A stretch of DNA of 59,282 bases from Gammaproteobacteria bacterium (GCA_009843625.1 VYDD01000156.1:2566-61847); one strand, 5' to 3'; shown: positions 29,787 through 39,028, counted from the first letter of the stretch. Notes: generated from the sequence alone by a model not told the origin. Program-made: numbers and translations.

Positions 29787-30953
29787 TCAGTCCGCCTTGA
29801 GCAGGGGCTGGAGGTCGAGATCCTGGTAGAGGCGCCATCGGGAACCGGTCTCCGTGCACCGGAGGATCGTGAGCTTCCCATCGCCGAAGGCAACCGCCCA
29901 TAGTTCGTCGATGCCCGGAAACGTGATGCCGCCAAAATCCAGCGGCGAGTCGTCGAACTCGGTCACGCCCCGCAACTGCGTCGCGGCCTCGCCCTCGTCG
30001 AGGATCACCACGAGCCACCTCGAGGCCGCCATACCAGCCCACTGGTCGCGCTCCAGCTTGTGGTCGATGGACCGCTGCACAGCCGAGACTAGTGCCGAGA
30101 CATCGGTCACTCTCGAGAAGTGCGATACGGAGGTCACGAGGGTGATGCGCAGGCTTCCACAGCCTGCGCCGGCGGGCTCCTTCGCGAGGATGGAGACCCT
30201 TAGGGGCGGCTCCGACTTGAGCAACTCGTTCTTCGCCCACCGCCACTCGCGGCTGATTTCCTCCTCGCAGATCGCTTCGATCGGCGCATCGTCACCCGGG
30301 CCGAACTCGCCGTTCTCGACGCGCGCCAGGACCTCGGCCAGCATCTGGCGCACCCCGCTTACCGAGAAGGCATTGTCACCCGTGTAGTCGTTCAGATGGC
30401 GGTTGTCGGCGACGAGGACACGCCAGTTGTGGGAAAGCCCGGAGACGCCCCGGCGGCTGCGCGCGTTGCTCACCCCCCGGCGGCCCCCGTCGGTGTGCAT
30501 CGTGGCCTCGACATCGGCCGAGCGCCCGTCAGGGAGAACAACGCCGAAGTCCGCCCGGCGCCCCGTGCCCTGCGGCCGCTTCTCGATATTCGCCTCCGGG
30601 ATGACCGCCCGTATCGCGGCCGCAGCCATCTCCTCATCGGACCGAAGGTCGATCCCTTGCAGGACGCGGAGGCCATTGTTCTGGGCCCACTGGTTCCACG
30701 AACGAATCCCGCCGTCATCCCGTGCCCCGCCGACTTCAGCCGACACCGACCACTCGATCAGGTCGCCCTCTTCCGTGAAGCGCTGGTCGACCACTATCGA
30801 AAGGTAAGGGTGATCCGCAGCTGCGAGCACCTGTGGCGCCTCGCGTTTCAGGGCCGCGCGCACGCGGTCAAGTGCCTGCTCCAGGGTTCGTGGGTCAAGC
30901 ACATCACCGAAAGCCGCGGCCTCGGCATGGTCGGCCAACTGGTCTCCGTCCAC
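29787..30953 (-). CDS. Hypothetical protein, no recognised domain
   Basis: GTG 30953 is preceded by GGAGGT with an 8-nt spacer. Track ORF 29787..31187 extends further, but its first ~78 codons look like the C-terminus of the carbamate kinase remnant. Confidence 0.5.
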   Translation of the reverse strand: MDGDQLADHAEAAAFGDVLDPRTLEQALDRVRAALKREAPQVLAAADHPYLSIVVDQRFTEEGDLIEWSVSAEVGGARDDGGIRSWNQWAQNNGLRVLQGIDLRSDEEMAAAAIRAVIPEANIEKRPQGTGRRADFGVVLPDGRSADVEATMHTDGGRRGVSNARSRRGVSGLSHNWRVLVADNRHLNDYTGDNAFSVSGVRQMLAEVLARVENGEFGPGDDAPIEAICEEEISREWRWAKNELLKSEPPLRVSILAKEPAGAGCGSLRITLVTSVSHFSRVTDVSALVSAVQRSIDHKLERDQWAGMAASRWLVVILDEGEAATQLRGVTEFDDSPLDFGGITFPGIDELWAVAFGDGKLTILRCTETGSRWRLYQDLDLQPLLKAD

Positions 30954-30959
30954 GGCGGA

Positions 30960-31440
30960 ACACCTCCAAGTGCCGGAGCTGACTCGCTGTTCGGCAGGCT
31001 GAGCCGGCGCAGGCTCTCCAACGATGGGCACCCGATACTCATGCTCGGACCTTGAGACCTGAGGGGGAAGGGCACCGGAAGAGCCGTCCTTGCCGGCCAG
31101 CCCGGCAAGCCTCGATGCGCATCCGCTGGTACGCGTCGCCCCACATCCCCAGCGTGGTGTCGCCGCCCCGACGATAGGCGGTACCACGGCGTCGACGTCA
31201 GTGGCCAGGATCCCAGGTGGGCGCCGAGTTCGCGCGCGAGCAACTCGCTCGCGGCGTGCTTGTCGATCACGGCCTCGATCCCGCGCAGTTCGCTGCGACC
31301 CGAGTACGCCGGGGGATGCCGTCGCCGCCCAGGCAGATCACGATCGTCCCGCGCTCGAGGAGCCAACGGACCGAGTTGGGGCCATATTGGGTGGTACGGG
31401 GTGGGTTCCGGCGGGACGACACGGGCTTAGGGCTCCAGAA
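30960..31440 (-). pseudogene. arcC: Carbamate kinase remnant (N-terminally truncated, at least 2 frameshifts)
   Basis: Three frames carry consecutive carbamate kinase blocks: SPKPV...VRWLLERGTIVICLGGDGIP, then LRGIEAVIDKHAASELLA, then ILATDVDAVV ... IVGEPAPAQPAEQRVSSGT. Compare the family motifs SPKP, GGGGIPV, GVEAVIDKD and the C-terminal GT. Coordinates are approximate. Confidence 0.6.
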
Positions 31441-31529
31441 TCCCGCGATGCACAGGTACGAAACTGCCCCTAATGGGAGTAGACGGGACGTGACGGGATC
31501 GAGCTTGGCCGACTGGCAGTGTGGAGGTC

Positions 31530-31733
31530 CTAGGTCCACCAATGCCGACCGCACTTAGAACTCGTTCTCACAAAGCCACGTCGGCGGCGTCCCCGCCGCC
31601 GATTGGGCTGTCCAGCGGGGTCGGGATCGTGGAGTGGAGCGTGGGGGAACAGCGTCGTGGCCAGCTTCCGCAAGTCGGGCCACCGGAACGGCGTGTCCTT
31701 GAGCGCGCGGTAGTAGAGATTGAAGCTGTCCAC
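31530..31733 (-). pseudogene. N-terminal fragment of an NYN-domain protein
   Basis: VYVDSFNLYYRALKDTPFRWPDLRKLATTLFP resembles the conserved NYN/LabA-like N-terminus. It then degenerates into Arg/Pro-rich sequence. Confidence 0.45.
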
Positions 31734-31978
31734 GTAGACGTTTGGTGATCAATCGCTAGCCTCAAGGAAAGACAGAGACCGCCACGAGGGCGGCCTCCAC
31801 CCTGCCGTCGAATCGACAGGGGCTGTGGGAAGATGTTAGTGCGAACGTTTGGAGCGGGGGAAGTGACTAGTCCCCGCTGCTGACGTGCCCAACGCCGCCA
31901 ACGGGCTGTCCATCGATCGGGCTCGGCCCCACTGAGACGACTCTGCCAGACCGTGGTGCGTTCCCTCGCCCGGGCTTC

Positions 31979-32005
31979 GACCCCCAGTTGACGAAACTGA
32001 GAGTC
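31979..32005. repeat. GACCCCCAGT-type hairpin repeat, copy d
   Basis: gacccccagtt-gacga-aactgagagtc. Confidence 0.7.
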
Positions 32006-32187
32006 ACACCCTACGCGGGAGATCGACGACCGGCCGCAGGAACGCCTCGAGACGCGCTTCGTATTTGGCCGGGGCGCTGCGGGATCTGGAAGACCTCAGC
32101 AAACGCGGCTGAACTATTGCGCCCCGTGATCGCCTCGCGGTATCTGGCTGTCCTCACGCATCACCAAGGCACGTAAGGTCTCGAGCC

Positions 32188-33165
32188 CTAGAGTTCGATC
32201 TGGTACTGCCAAGTTCTCAAGAGTCCGTCAGTCGTCAGCTTCGAGTAGCTCTTCGCAAACGGGTAGATGATGCTTGCGGCGGTGTGCTCCAGCTCTCTCA
32301 GGTAGTAGAGAGCGAATCCAAGCACATGAGGTTTCGGGCCAGTCGGACACAAGTAGAGGTTCCCGAATTCCTGCTGGCGAGCGGCTGTCTCCTCACGCTC
32401 ACGGGCCACGAGGTCATGTAGCTCCTGTGCCACCGCGAACGGATGGTTAGCGGAAGCGTAAAGGAACCGCTGTCGAGGGACGCTGCCGATTGACTCTCTT
32501 GCCTGATCAATGCGTAGTACATTCTCTTGGTACATATGCGGCTGTAGTGACGGCAACCCCGTCACCACGTACTTCTTGCTGGTCTTCTTGGCGTCGCAAG
32601 CGCTTGCGATCTGTTGGGAATCGTAACCCGTCCCGACCACCAAGATGTCGTCTTCTGTGCCAGAAGGGACGCGATGCAAGCCTTCGTATCCTGGAACTTG
32701 CATCACATCGACTATCGGACCGGTAGTAAACTCTGTATGTTCATCCGCGACATAGCGCATAGGATCGCTATACAGGATATCAAACGACCTCACTCCTACA
32801 TCACGGAGTGCCCATAGCAGAATCAGCAAGTGGGGACGGATGAAACCCGTAATGTCTACACATATGCGGGCGTCGTGTAGTTGACTTTCCATGTTTCGAA
32901 TAAAGTCAAGCATTGCAGGGGGATCGAACGACGCCTGAAGAGTCACGGCTTCTTCTGGTCTCTCTCCTTCGCTGATCTCGTATTCTTCGTGCACAATCCA
33001 TATCTTATTGGAAGCCTGCACGGCTTCAAACGGCTCCTGCACTCGGACCGTCTTGTCGTAAGCAGACAATAGTATGTCCCAGGGCCCAGCTTGCGGTAGT
33101 TGCTCCGGCCTGTGTGCAGTTCGCTCGAACGCGTAGTAGTCAGCCCGACGGAGAGTGGAGAACAC
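32188..33165 (-). CDS. Uncharacterised 325-aa protein, last gene of the thyX-MTase cassette
   Basis: Non-GC-biased ORF starting 13 nt after the upstream stop. Alternating beta/alpha-like segments (ICVDITGFIRPHLLILLWAL, ILVVGTGYDSQQIA, LYLCPTGPKPHVLGFALYY) suggest Rossmann-like lobes. No catalytic motif recognised. Confidence 0.7.
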   Translation of the reverse strand: MFSTLRRADYYAFERTAHRPEQLPQAGPWDILLSAYDKTVRVQEPFEAVQASNKIWIVHEEYEISEGERPEEAVTLQASFDPPAMLDFIRNMESQLHDARICVDITGFIRPHLLILLWALRDVGVRSFDILYSDPMRYVADEHTEFTTGPIVDVMQVPGYEGLHRVPSGTEDDILVVGTGYDSQQIASACDAKKTSKKYVVTGLPSLQPHMYQENVLRIDQARESIGSVPRQRFLYASANHPFAVAQELHDLVAREREETAARQQEFGNLYLCPTGPKPHVLGFALYYLRELEHTAASIIYPFAKSYSKLTTDGLLRTWQYQIEL

Positions 33166-33178
33166 GCGTTACCCCAAG

Positions 33179-35233
33179 CTAGTCGTCGACTGCAAGAAGG
33201 GCTTGTCGCGCATGCGGTCCAGCGCCTCGGCCGAACGGAGCGTTCATCCTTGCAAGCCTCCGGGTCATCATTCTCGGAAAGGCTGCGGAGTGCTCTGGAT
33301 CGAAGATCGCATTCATCTCAGCAGGACTTAGCCGGACTGACCCTCGCCGGGCTGTTGGAAGATCCCATTTGGGACTCAGAAGACGGTTCAAATGGAACTT
33401 CCCCTCCATCAATCGGGTATTGCGGTCCTTCTGTCCGTGGACTGCTCGGACGAGAAGTGCCCATTGCTGCGCCAAGTGCACGACGTCACGTGCCCTAGCC
33501 GAGCACGCAGTCAGGTCCGCACTGAAAGTCGCAAGGGAACTCTCGACCGGCTTGTTCGAGAATCGGAAGAGCCGGAACATGTCGCCGAGTCGCTGAATCG
33601 CGTCGTGTACGTGCATGCCGGCCTCGCCCGGAGGCCGTGCATCTGCGAAGAACCAAGCGGCTGCTTCCCGTACCCCCTTCTGCTGCGAGTCTAGCGATAT
33701 GCGGCGGCCGAACAGCGGATCCTCGCCGTTAAACAGTGCCCACCGATAGGTGTTCTTGAGGATAATCAGGAGGTTTCGTGTCAGCCCGTCCGACATCGTG
33801 ATGAAATCGTCAATTCCCGCGTAGTGGGTTGGCAACCGCATGTCGTCGTAGAGCTGCGCGCGCAGATCGGTGACATAGTGGGAGAGCACTCGCCGCTGTG
33901 CGTCGGTCGGCTCGGGCACATCGCCACGGCGAGCTCTTGGCGCCGTGTCCGCGATCGTGTGGGCCGCTTCAAGGACACTCCTCCCCGATGCCCATGCGCG
34001 ATATATCAACAGCACGTTCACCTTCTCGAGAAGGGGGCGAGGTGGCACGCTGACGGCGTCGAGCACGAACTGAACGTCAGAGGGAGCCAGGGGTGCACCG
34101 TCGGCGGTCACGGGCTCCGATGAGAGCTGGCGAGCAAGAGTGCGGAGATATGGCCGTCGTGTGGGCTCATAGCGTTCGCGAACCATCTCTTCGGCGTGGT
34201 CCGGCGCAAGCTCTTCGACAAGGTCCTCGATGCGTGCCAGGCGACCCCTCTCGTCTGCCTCGACGCGCTCCTCCTCAATCCGACGATCGATTATCTCCCT
34301 ACAAAACTCGCGATACTGGCCCCAGTACCTGCCCGTATACTTGCGATCGAGGAAGATCTCCTCGACTTCCGACCCGCGTTTGTTCTCTTCTCCAACTCCC
34401 AGGACCTGATGGGTCCGGAGGCCATATGTACGCACCCCGACGATGAAGGAAGTTCCCGCCCGCTTTTCCCTCACCAGAGTGTTGACGTACTTTTGCTGGT
34501 CCTCGTCGAAGTTCTCAAATTCGTCTATCAGATAGAGGAATGTAACGTCTTCGAGTGGTGAAAAGTGTCGGCGAATGGCTTCGGGTATCCCGAAGACGAG
34601 CGAACCAGGAGTGGACGAGAGCGTGAGATCCAGCGGCTGGTGACGGTTGAGAACGGCATTGTTAACCGCCGAATCGATGTTCTTGGTGAGCGATACGAGA
34701 TGCTCACTGAGTGTCGATAGCGTGGTAGGGACTCGGTCATTTGGAGCGACGTAGAACAGACTCATGATGTCCCTGACCATGCTCTGTTCTTGTGCATCGT
34801 CAAGTGATTCGTGACCTATGATGATCTGGAACGCGCTCAAGGCCGCTTGAGCGAGCCAAACGTCCATGTATTGCGCGAAGACAGTCTGCCAAGTCTTGGA
34901 GTCTTGACCCCGCCCCTGGAAACGCAGTGAGTTGAGGCCGCTGCACAGGACATAGATTCCGAGGACACCGTCGTCCTTGACCTGGGCGATGGGATCGCTT
35001 GGTTGACGAATTGCCTGCACCGGGGCGGAAAAGTGGCGCATTATGTGCGTGCGACCGGTCCCCTTACCGCCGAGGACGAAGCGGGCGAGTGGGGATCGGA
35101 CGCTGATGAAATCCGCGAACCCGCCTGGTGCCGGCCAGTCCACCCATGTGGAATTGATTTGTGTGTCAGTGAAGTCAACAGCCTTCGTGACCTCGAATGG
35201 GTTGCCGCGCGTTGAGTTCCGAGGGGCATTCAT
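33179..35233 (-). CDS. P-loop NTPase (AAA+/ORC-Cdc6- or STAND-like), about 684 aa
   Basis: N-terminal NPFEVTKAVDFTDTQI, Walker A LGGKGTGRTH and Walker B FLYLIDEFENF. ATG 35233 sits 29 nt after the PRTase-like stop; the track ORF extends to 35380. Confidence 0.8.
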   Translation of the reverse strand: MNAPRNSTRGNPFEVTKAVDFTDTQINSTWVDWPAPGGFADFISVRSPLARFVLGGKGTGRTHIMRHFSAPVQAIRQPSDPIAQVKDDGVLGIYVLCSGLNSLRFQGRGQDSKTWQTVFAQYMDVWLAQAALSAFQIIIGHESLDDAQEQSMVRDIMSLFYVAPNDRVPTTLSTLSEHLVSLTKNIDSAVNNAVLNRHQPLDLTLSSTPGSLVFGIPEAIRRHFSPLEDVTFLYLIDEFENFDEDQQKYVNTLVREKRAGTSFIVGVRTYGLRTHQVLGVGEENKRGSEVEEIFLDRKYTGRYWGQYREFCREIIDRRIEEERVEADERGRLARIEDLVEELAPDHAEEMVRERYEPTRRPYLRTLARQLSSEPVTADGAPLAPSDVQFVLDAVSVPPRPLLEKVNVLLIYRAWASGRSVLEAAHTIADTAPRARRGDVPEPTDAQRRVLSHYVTDLRAQLYDDMRLPTHYAGIDDFITMSDGLTRNLLIILKNTYRWALFNGEDPLFGRRISLDSQQKGVREAAAWFFADARPPGEAGMHVHDAIQRLGDMFRLFRFSNKPVESSLATFSADLTACSARARDVVHLAQQWALLVRAVHGQKDRNTRLMEGKFHLNRLLSPKWDLPTARRGSVRLSPAEMNAIFDPEHSAAFPRMMTRRLARMNAPFGRGAGPHARQALLAVDD

Positions 35234-35262
35234 GTCCGGCGACAATCGTTCGCTTCCTTCGC

Positions 35263-36219
35263 TCACTGTTTCGGTATGCGCGGGAAGAGTGCACGCCACG
35301 GCGGTTGGGACTGCTCCGCCCAGAATATGGGCAACGTGTTGTCCGGGACATTGTGATGGAAGCCCAGCAAGAGCTGGCAATCGCCATGGCCGAGAGGGCC
35401 AGTCGGGTGCAGGCGCCTTCCGTAGTGGCGAGCCATTGCTTCTCCGTCGCTTTGTCGGAGGTCATTGCCCTGTTCACCGTATAGTTGCGACTCGGGCTCG
35501 AAGACACGGTACGTGTCGTCGAGCTCTGAGACGGTCGCCACCCGGTCGAAGACGGTCGCGTCCCTCAAGCGAGAAAGACCAGTCGTGGTACCGAACAGCG
35601 CTAGGTACCATACCTCCACCGAAACTGCGCTGCGGGTTGCAGCTGCTCGCAACCAGCGTACGGTTCCTCGGCCTAGGGCTATGGCCTGGCTTCCCGTCCC
35701 ACAGAAGTCGTCCACGAAGATGAGGCGCCGCACCGTTGGAGAGCCCCACTCGGTCTTTGGATCACGGAGAGGGCCTGTAACTAGTTCGAGAGGACTGACA
35801 AACGCTTCCGTGGGGAGACTGTTCGCAAGTCGGAAGTCGTAGAGAATATGCGGTCCGCTCTCGGCGGGCGTACCGAGACCAAGGAAACGTGTTCTCTCGA
35901 GTTCAGTGAGAAAACCACTGTGTACTGCGGCAAAGTCCTCTCGATTCCCTAGCGCTGCTCGGACATCGACGGAGAGAGGACTTCGGATGAGGTCGCGGAA
36001 CATCGCGCGCAAGAGTTGACGGACCTCGGTCTGCCCGAAATAGAGGAACTTCGAGAGAAGGTACAGGGCGTGGCGGCGCTCAGCCTCACGCGATAGTCGA
36101 CCACCCGAGAAGTTACTCAACCACACTTCTAGCGTCGGAAGGGTGACATGATCCTCCCAGAGAAGTTCGTTCAGGTTCTTTACCTTCGACTGGAGCTCGT
36201 TAGGGCCCGTTAACGGCAT
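35263..36219 (-). CDS. Phosphoribosyltransferase (PRTase)-like protein
   Basis: RLIFVDDFCGTGSQA is a PRPP-binding-loop signature (hydrophobic run, DD, xGTGx). It overlaps the MTase stop by 10 nt. Confidence 0.75.
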   Translation of the reverse strand: MPLTGPNELQSKVKNLNELLWEDHVTLPTLEVWLSNFSGGRLSREAERRHALYLLSKFLYFGQTEVRQLLRAMFRDLIRSPLSVDVRAALGNREDFAAVHSGFLTELERTRFLGLGTPAESGPHILYDFRLANSLPTEAFVSPLELVTGPLRDPKTEWGSPTVRRLIFVDDFCGTGSQAIALGRGTVRWLRAAATRSAVSVEVWYLALFGTTTGLSRLRDATVFDRVATVSELDDTYRVFEPESQLYGEQGNDLRQSDGEAMARHYGRRLHPTGPLGHGDCQLLLGFHHNVPDNTLPIFWAEQSQPPWRALFPRIPKQ

Positions 36220-37589
36220 GATGTGCAGGCTCCATCGTTTGCTTCTCCGGGGCGCCGGAGCCAGACGATGAACTCGTGATCGATACGCCCAGCCGTTGCA
36301 TGGCGTCGAGTGAGGAGGCCGCGGCTGGGAATGCGATCAACCAAGGTTGCGACGGATTGGAGACCGATTGCACTGCCAGCTCGGTGGAGGATCTGGTCTG
36401 CCGGGAATGGTACGCCAGCAATCGTGCTCCGCCCCAAAGTCACCAGGAGATGGCCGCCCGGCCGGAGCAGCCGACGGCACTCTTCGACAAAGGACAACAG
36501 ATAGTTGGAGTAGTCCGATGCCATTCGGGCACGCACCGGATTCGCACGATATATGGTGCGAACCAAGTCATCGACGTGGTGGTTGCCAGTCATCAGCGGC
36601 CCAAGTTCAGTATCGCTCCTAGGGACTGCCTCGGTCCCTAGTGTGCGACGGTCGAGATGCCTTAGTTCGGAAGAGGGGACGCCCGTGAGTATGAGTTCGA
36701 GCTTCATGCTGCGCACGTACTTCTGCGCTCCGCAGTAAGGCGGTGAGGTGATGATCGCGTCGATCGATTCCGATTGCAGGTTCGTCTGAGCCGCGTGAGC
36801 ATCTGCCCCGGCCAACCAGCACTTGCCAAGGCGATCGCGCATGTCGAATAGTTCCGACATCCTGCGAATGTTCGCGTTCGCAGCGTCCTCAAAGGCTGAA
36901 TAAACAAACGAAGTAGTAATGGAACGGGCTCTATCGAGTGCGGTCCGATATCTGGTCCCAGCGGAATCAGCCCGATCTTCACGGAGCCGGACTAGGGGTG
37001 GGATCGAGGGATCCGCTGCCGACACGCGACGTACGATGCTAGTCATCGCGACGAGGAAGAAGTCGCGGGCGCGAGCGTCATCAAGTCCGGCAATAGCTCT
37101 TGCCAGCCGATGAAGGCCGGTGCGGGCAGGTTCGGATAGCCACGAGTCTAGGACAGAATGTGGTGTGGGCTTCGAGCGAAATCGCTTGGCCTTCGGAAGA
37201 ACCCATGTCAGTTGTTCTTCGAGTAGATCAGGGTCGACAGGAGTTACCTTTGTTCGACTGATGAGTCGCGCCAGCGGACTAATGTCTATGCCGACAGCAT
37301 TATACCCACGGATACTCGCCTCGAGAAGAACAGTTCCTGATCCACAAAACGGGTCGAGTATGCTTGCGCCTTCTGGCAATTCGACGTTGTCTAGGAATAC
37401 AGATGGTATACGGTGAAACATCTTTGCTGGGTACCAATGGATCCAATGCGTCGCGAAATCGCGGCGGCCAACAGTTCCATGTGCATCGCGAAAGCTGACA
37501 ACTATCTCCTCGTCGCCTGGTGTGGTGCCACGTGCGAGCTGCTGCAAATCGAGGAACACTGTTCGTGCATCAGTCACTTGGACCGACAT
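36210..37589 (-). CDS. Amino (N4-C or N6-A) DNA methyltransferase
   Basis: Motif I LDPFCGSGTVLLEA precedes motif IV IITSPPYCG. ATG 37589 lies 5 nt after the thyX stop; the track alternative GTG 37634 would overlap thyX. Confidence 0.85.
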   Translation of the reverse strand: MSVQVTDARTVFLDLQQLARGTTPGDEEIVVSFRDAHGTVGRRDFATHWIHWYPAKMFHRIPSVFLDNVELPEGASILDPFCGSGTVLLEASIRGYNAVGIDISPLARLISRTKVTPVDPDLLEEQLTWVLPKAKRFRSKPTPHSVLDSWLSEPARTGLHRLARAIAGLDDARARDFFLVAMTSIVRRVSAADPSIPPLVRLREDRADSAGTRYRTALDRARSITTSFVYSAFEDAANANIRRMSELFDMRDRLGKCWLAGADAHAAQTNLQSESIDAIITSPPYCGAQKYVRSMKLELILTGVPSSELRHLDRRTLGTEAVPRSDTELGPLMTGNHHVDDLVRTIYRANPVRARMASDYSNYLLSFVEECRRLLRPGGHLLVTLGRSTIAGVPFPADQILHRAGSAIGLQSVATLVDRIPSRGLLTRRHATAGRIDHEFIVWLRRPGEANDGACTSCR

Positions 37590-37594
37590 TTGGC

Positions 37595-38626
37595 TTACCC
37601 GCCTAGATCGAGAGTCTTCAGCAACTCGTTCCATTCGCGTGCAGAGATTCGTGATGTTCTCCGCAGCGCCTCGGCCTCGGCGCGACGCCCCGCGACCAAC
37701 GAACGGACCACCGAGAGTGCGCCCTCGGAGAGCATGGCACCGTTCATCCGATAGTAGCAGTATGCCTCGTACACGAGCGGCACCCAGCGTTTCACGATGC
37801 GCTCAAGAATCGCCTCCGCGTACACCCGGATTTCGTACTGGGCATCATCGTCGGTGCGGAGCGACAGGAAGTGCAGCAGGTTGTGCAGATCAGTTTTCCA
37901 GTACCACTGCGTATAGAAGTTGACCGATAAGTTGATCCGAGCGAGCTCACGTGCTAGCCCGCTCCGCCGCTCGTGATGCGGCTCCCCGGTCGGCGACTCG
38001 TTCAGTAGTTCCTCGTAGTGCAGGTACGATCGCGCGGCGTCCTCGCGCAGCAGCTCCTGGACACGGGCGGCTTTCCGTAGAGAAAGTTGCTCGCCCCGGT
38101 CGTGACGACTGGGTCGCGATCTGGATCGTATGACTTCCGTACTTGGAGTATAAAACTCACGATCGAGGATCGAGTAGCGGGCGGAATATTCGTTGACGTT
38201 GGCTGTACGATGCCGGATCCACTGTCGCGCGACGAAGATGGGGAGTTTGACGTGCAGCTTAATCTCGCACATCTCGAAGGGAGTCGTGTGCCGGTGACGC
38301 ATGAGGTAGCGGATGAGCCCTCGATCATCCGACGTGCGTCGCGTGCCGCGTCCGTATGACACCCGTGCCGCCTGCACGATGGCGTCGTCGTCGCCCATGT
38401 AGTCAACAACCCGTACGAACCCGTGGTCCAGAACCTGCACGGGCGTGTACAAGAGGGTCTCGAGGGCTGGGACGGTGGCACGTGTCGTGTCGTATCGCTG
38501 GGCTTGCAAAGCCTCCAAGTCGGCTCTCTGCCCTGGGGTCATGAAGTCGGTCGTGGTGACCACCTCCGGCCAGTACAGGCCGCTGCCCTCGCGTATCGCG
38601 GCCCAAGCGTCGACGCGTGGCCGCAT
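37595..38626 (-). CDS. thyX: Flavin-dependent thymidylate synthase ThyX
   Basis: LDHGFVRVVDYMGDDDAIVQAARVSYG, HRHTTPFEM, and the ThyX motif RHR(X)7S in ARQWIRHRTANVNEYSARYS. Confidence 0.9.
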   Translation of the reverse strand: MRPRVDAWAAIREGSGLYWPEVVTTTDFMTPGQRADLEALQAQRYDTTRATVPALETLLYTPVQVLDHGFVRVVDYMGDDDAIVQAARVSYGRGTRRTSDDRGLIRYLMRHRHTTPFEMCEIKLHVKLPIFVARQWIRHRTANVNEYSARYSILDREFYTPSTEVIRSRSRPSRHDRGEQLSLRKAARVQELLREDAARSYLHYEELLNESPTGEPHHERRSGLARELARINLSVNFYTQWYWKTDLHNLLHFLSLRTDDDAQYEIRVYAEAILERIVKRWVPLVYEAYCYYRMNGAMLSEGALSVVRSLVAGRRAEAEALRRTSRISAREWNELLKTLDLGG

Positions 38627-39028
38627 AGTACACCGTGGCCTAGCGAAACCTGTGACCGAACCGTCGTCGGGCGTCGGTGCGTGACTGCGAGACAGCTATT
38701 GTTCGAGAGTCCCGAACCAGAGGATCTGTCCCAGACGCAACGCTGGTCTCCGTCGCTGACTTGCTCGCGCCACCGCGCCCACAGCGCAGAGCCTCACGGG
38801 CGTCGCGGAGGGTTCCGGTGGCCGAGGCAGAGCGCGGCGACGCTAGAAGCCCCCCGCTACGGCATGTCGGCCGCCTTATGACAACTAGCCGGCGTGGTGT
38901 GAGTCGTCGCGGCCGAGCAGTCTCCCCCGCCTAGGCCCAGAGTCCTCAATCTCCGTGAGCCAGTATGGCGCGCTCGCTCGTGCGCGGCTGAGGCGAACCC
39001 AGGGCCCTCGTCCGGCGCGGCATGGCTC

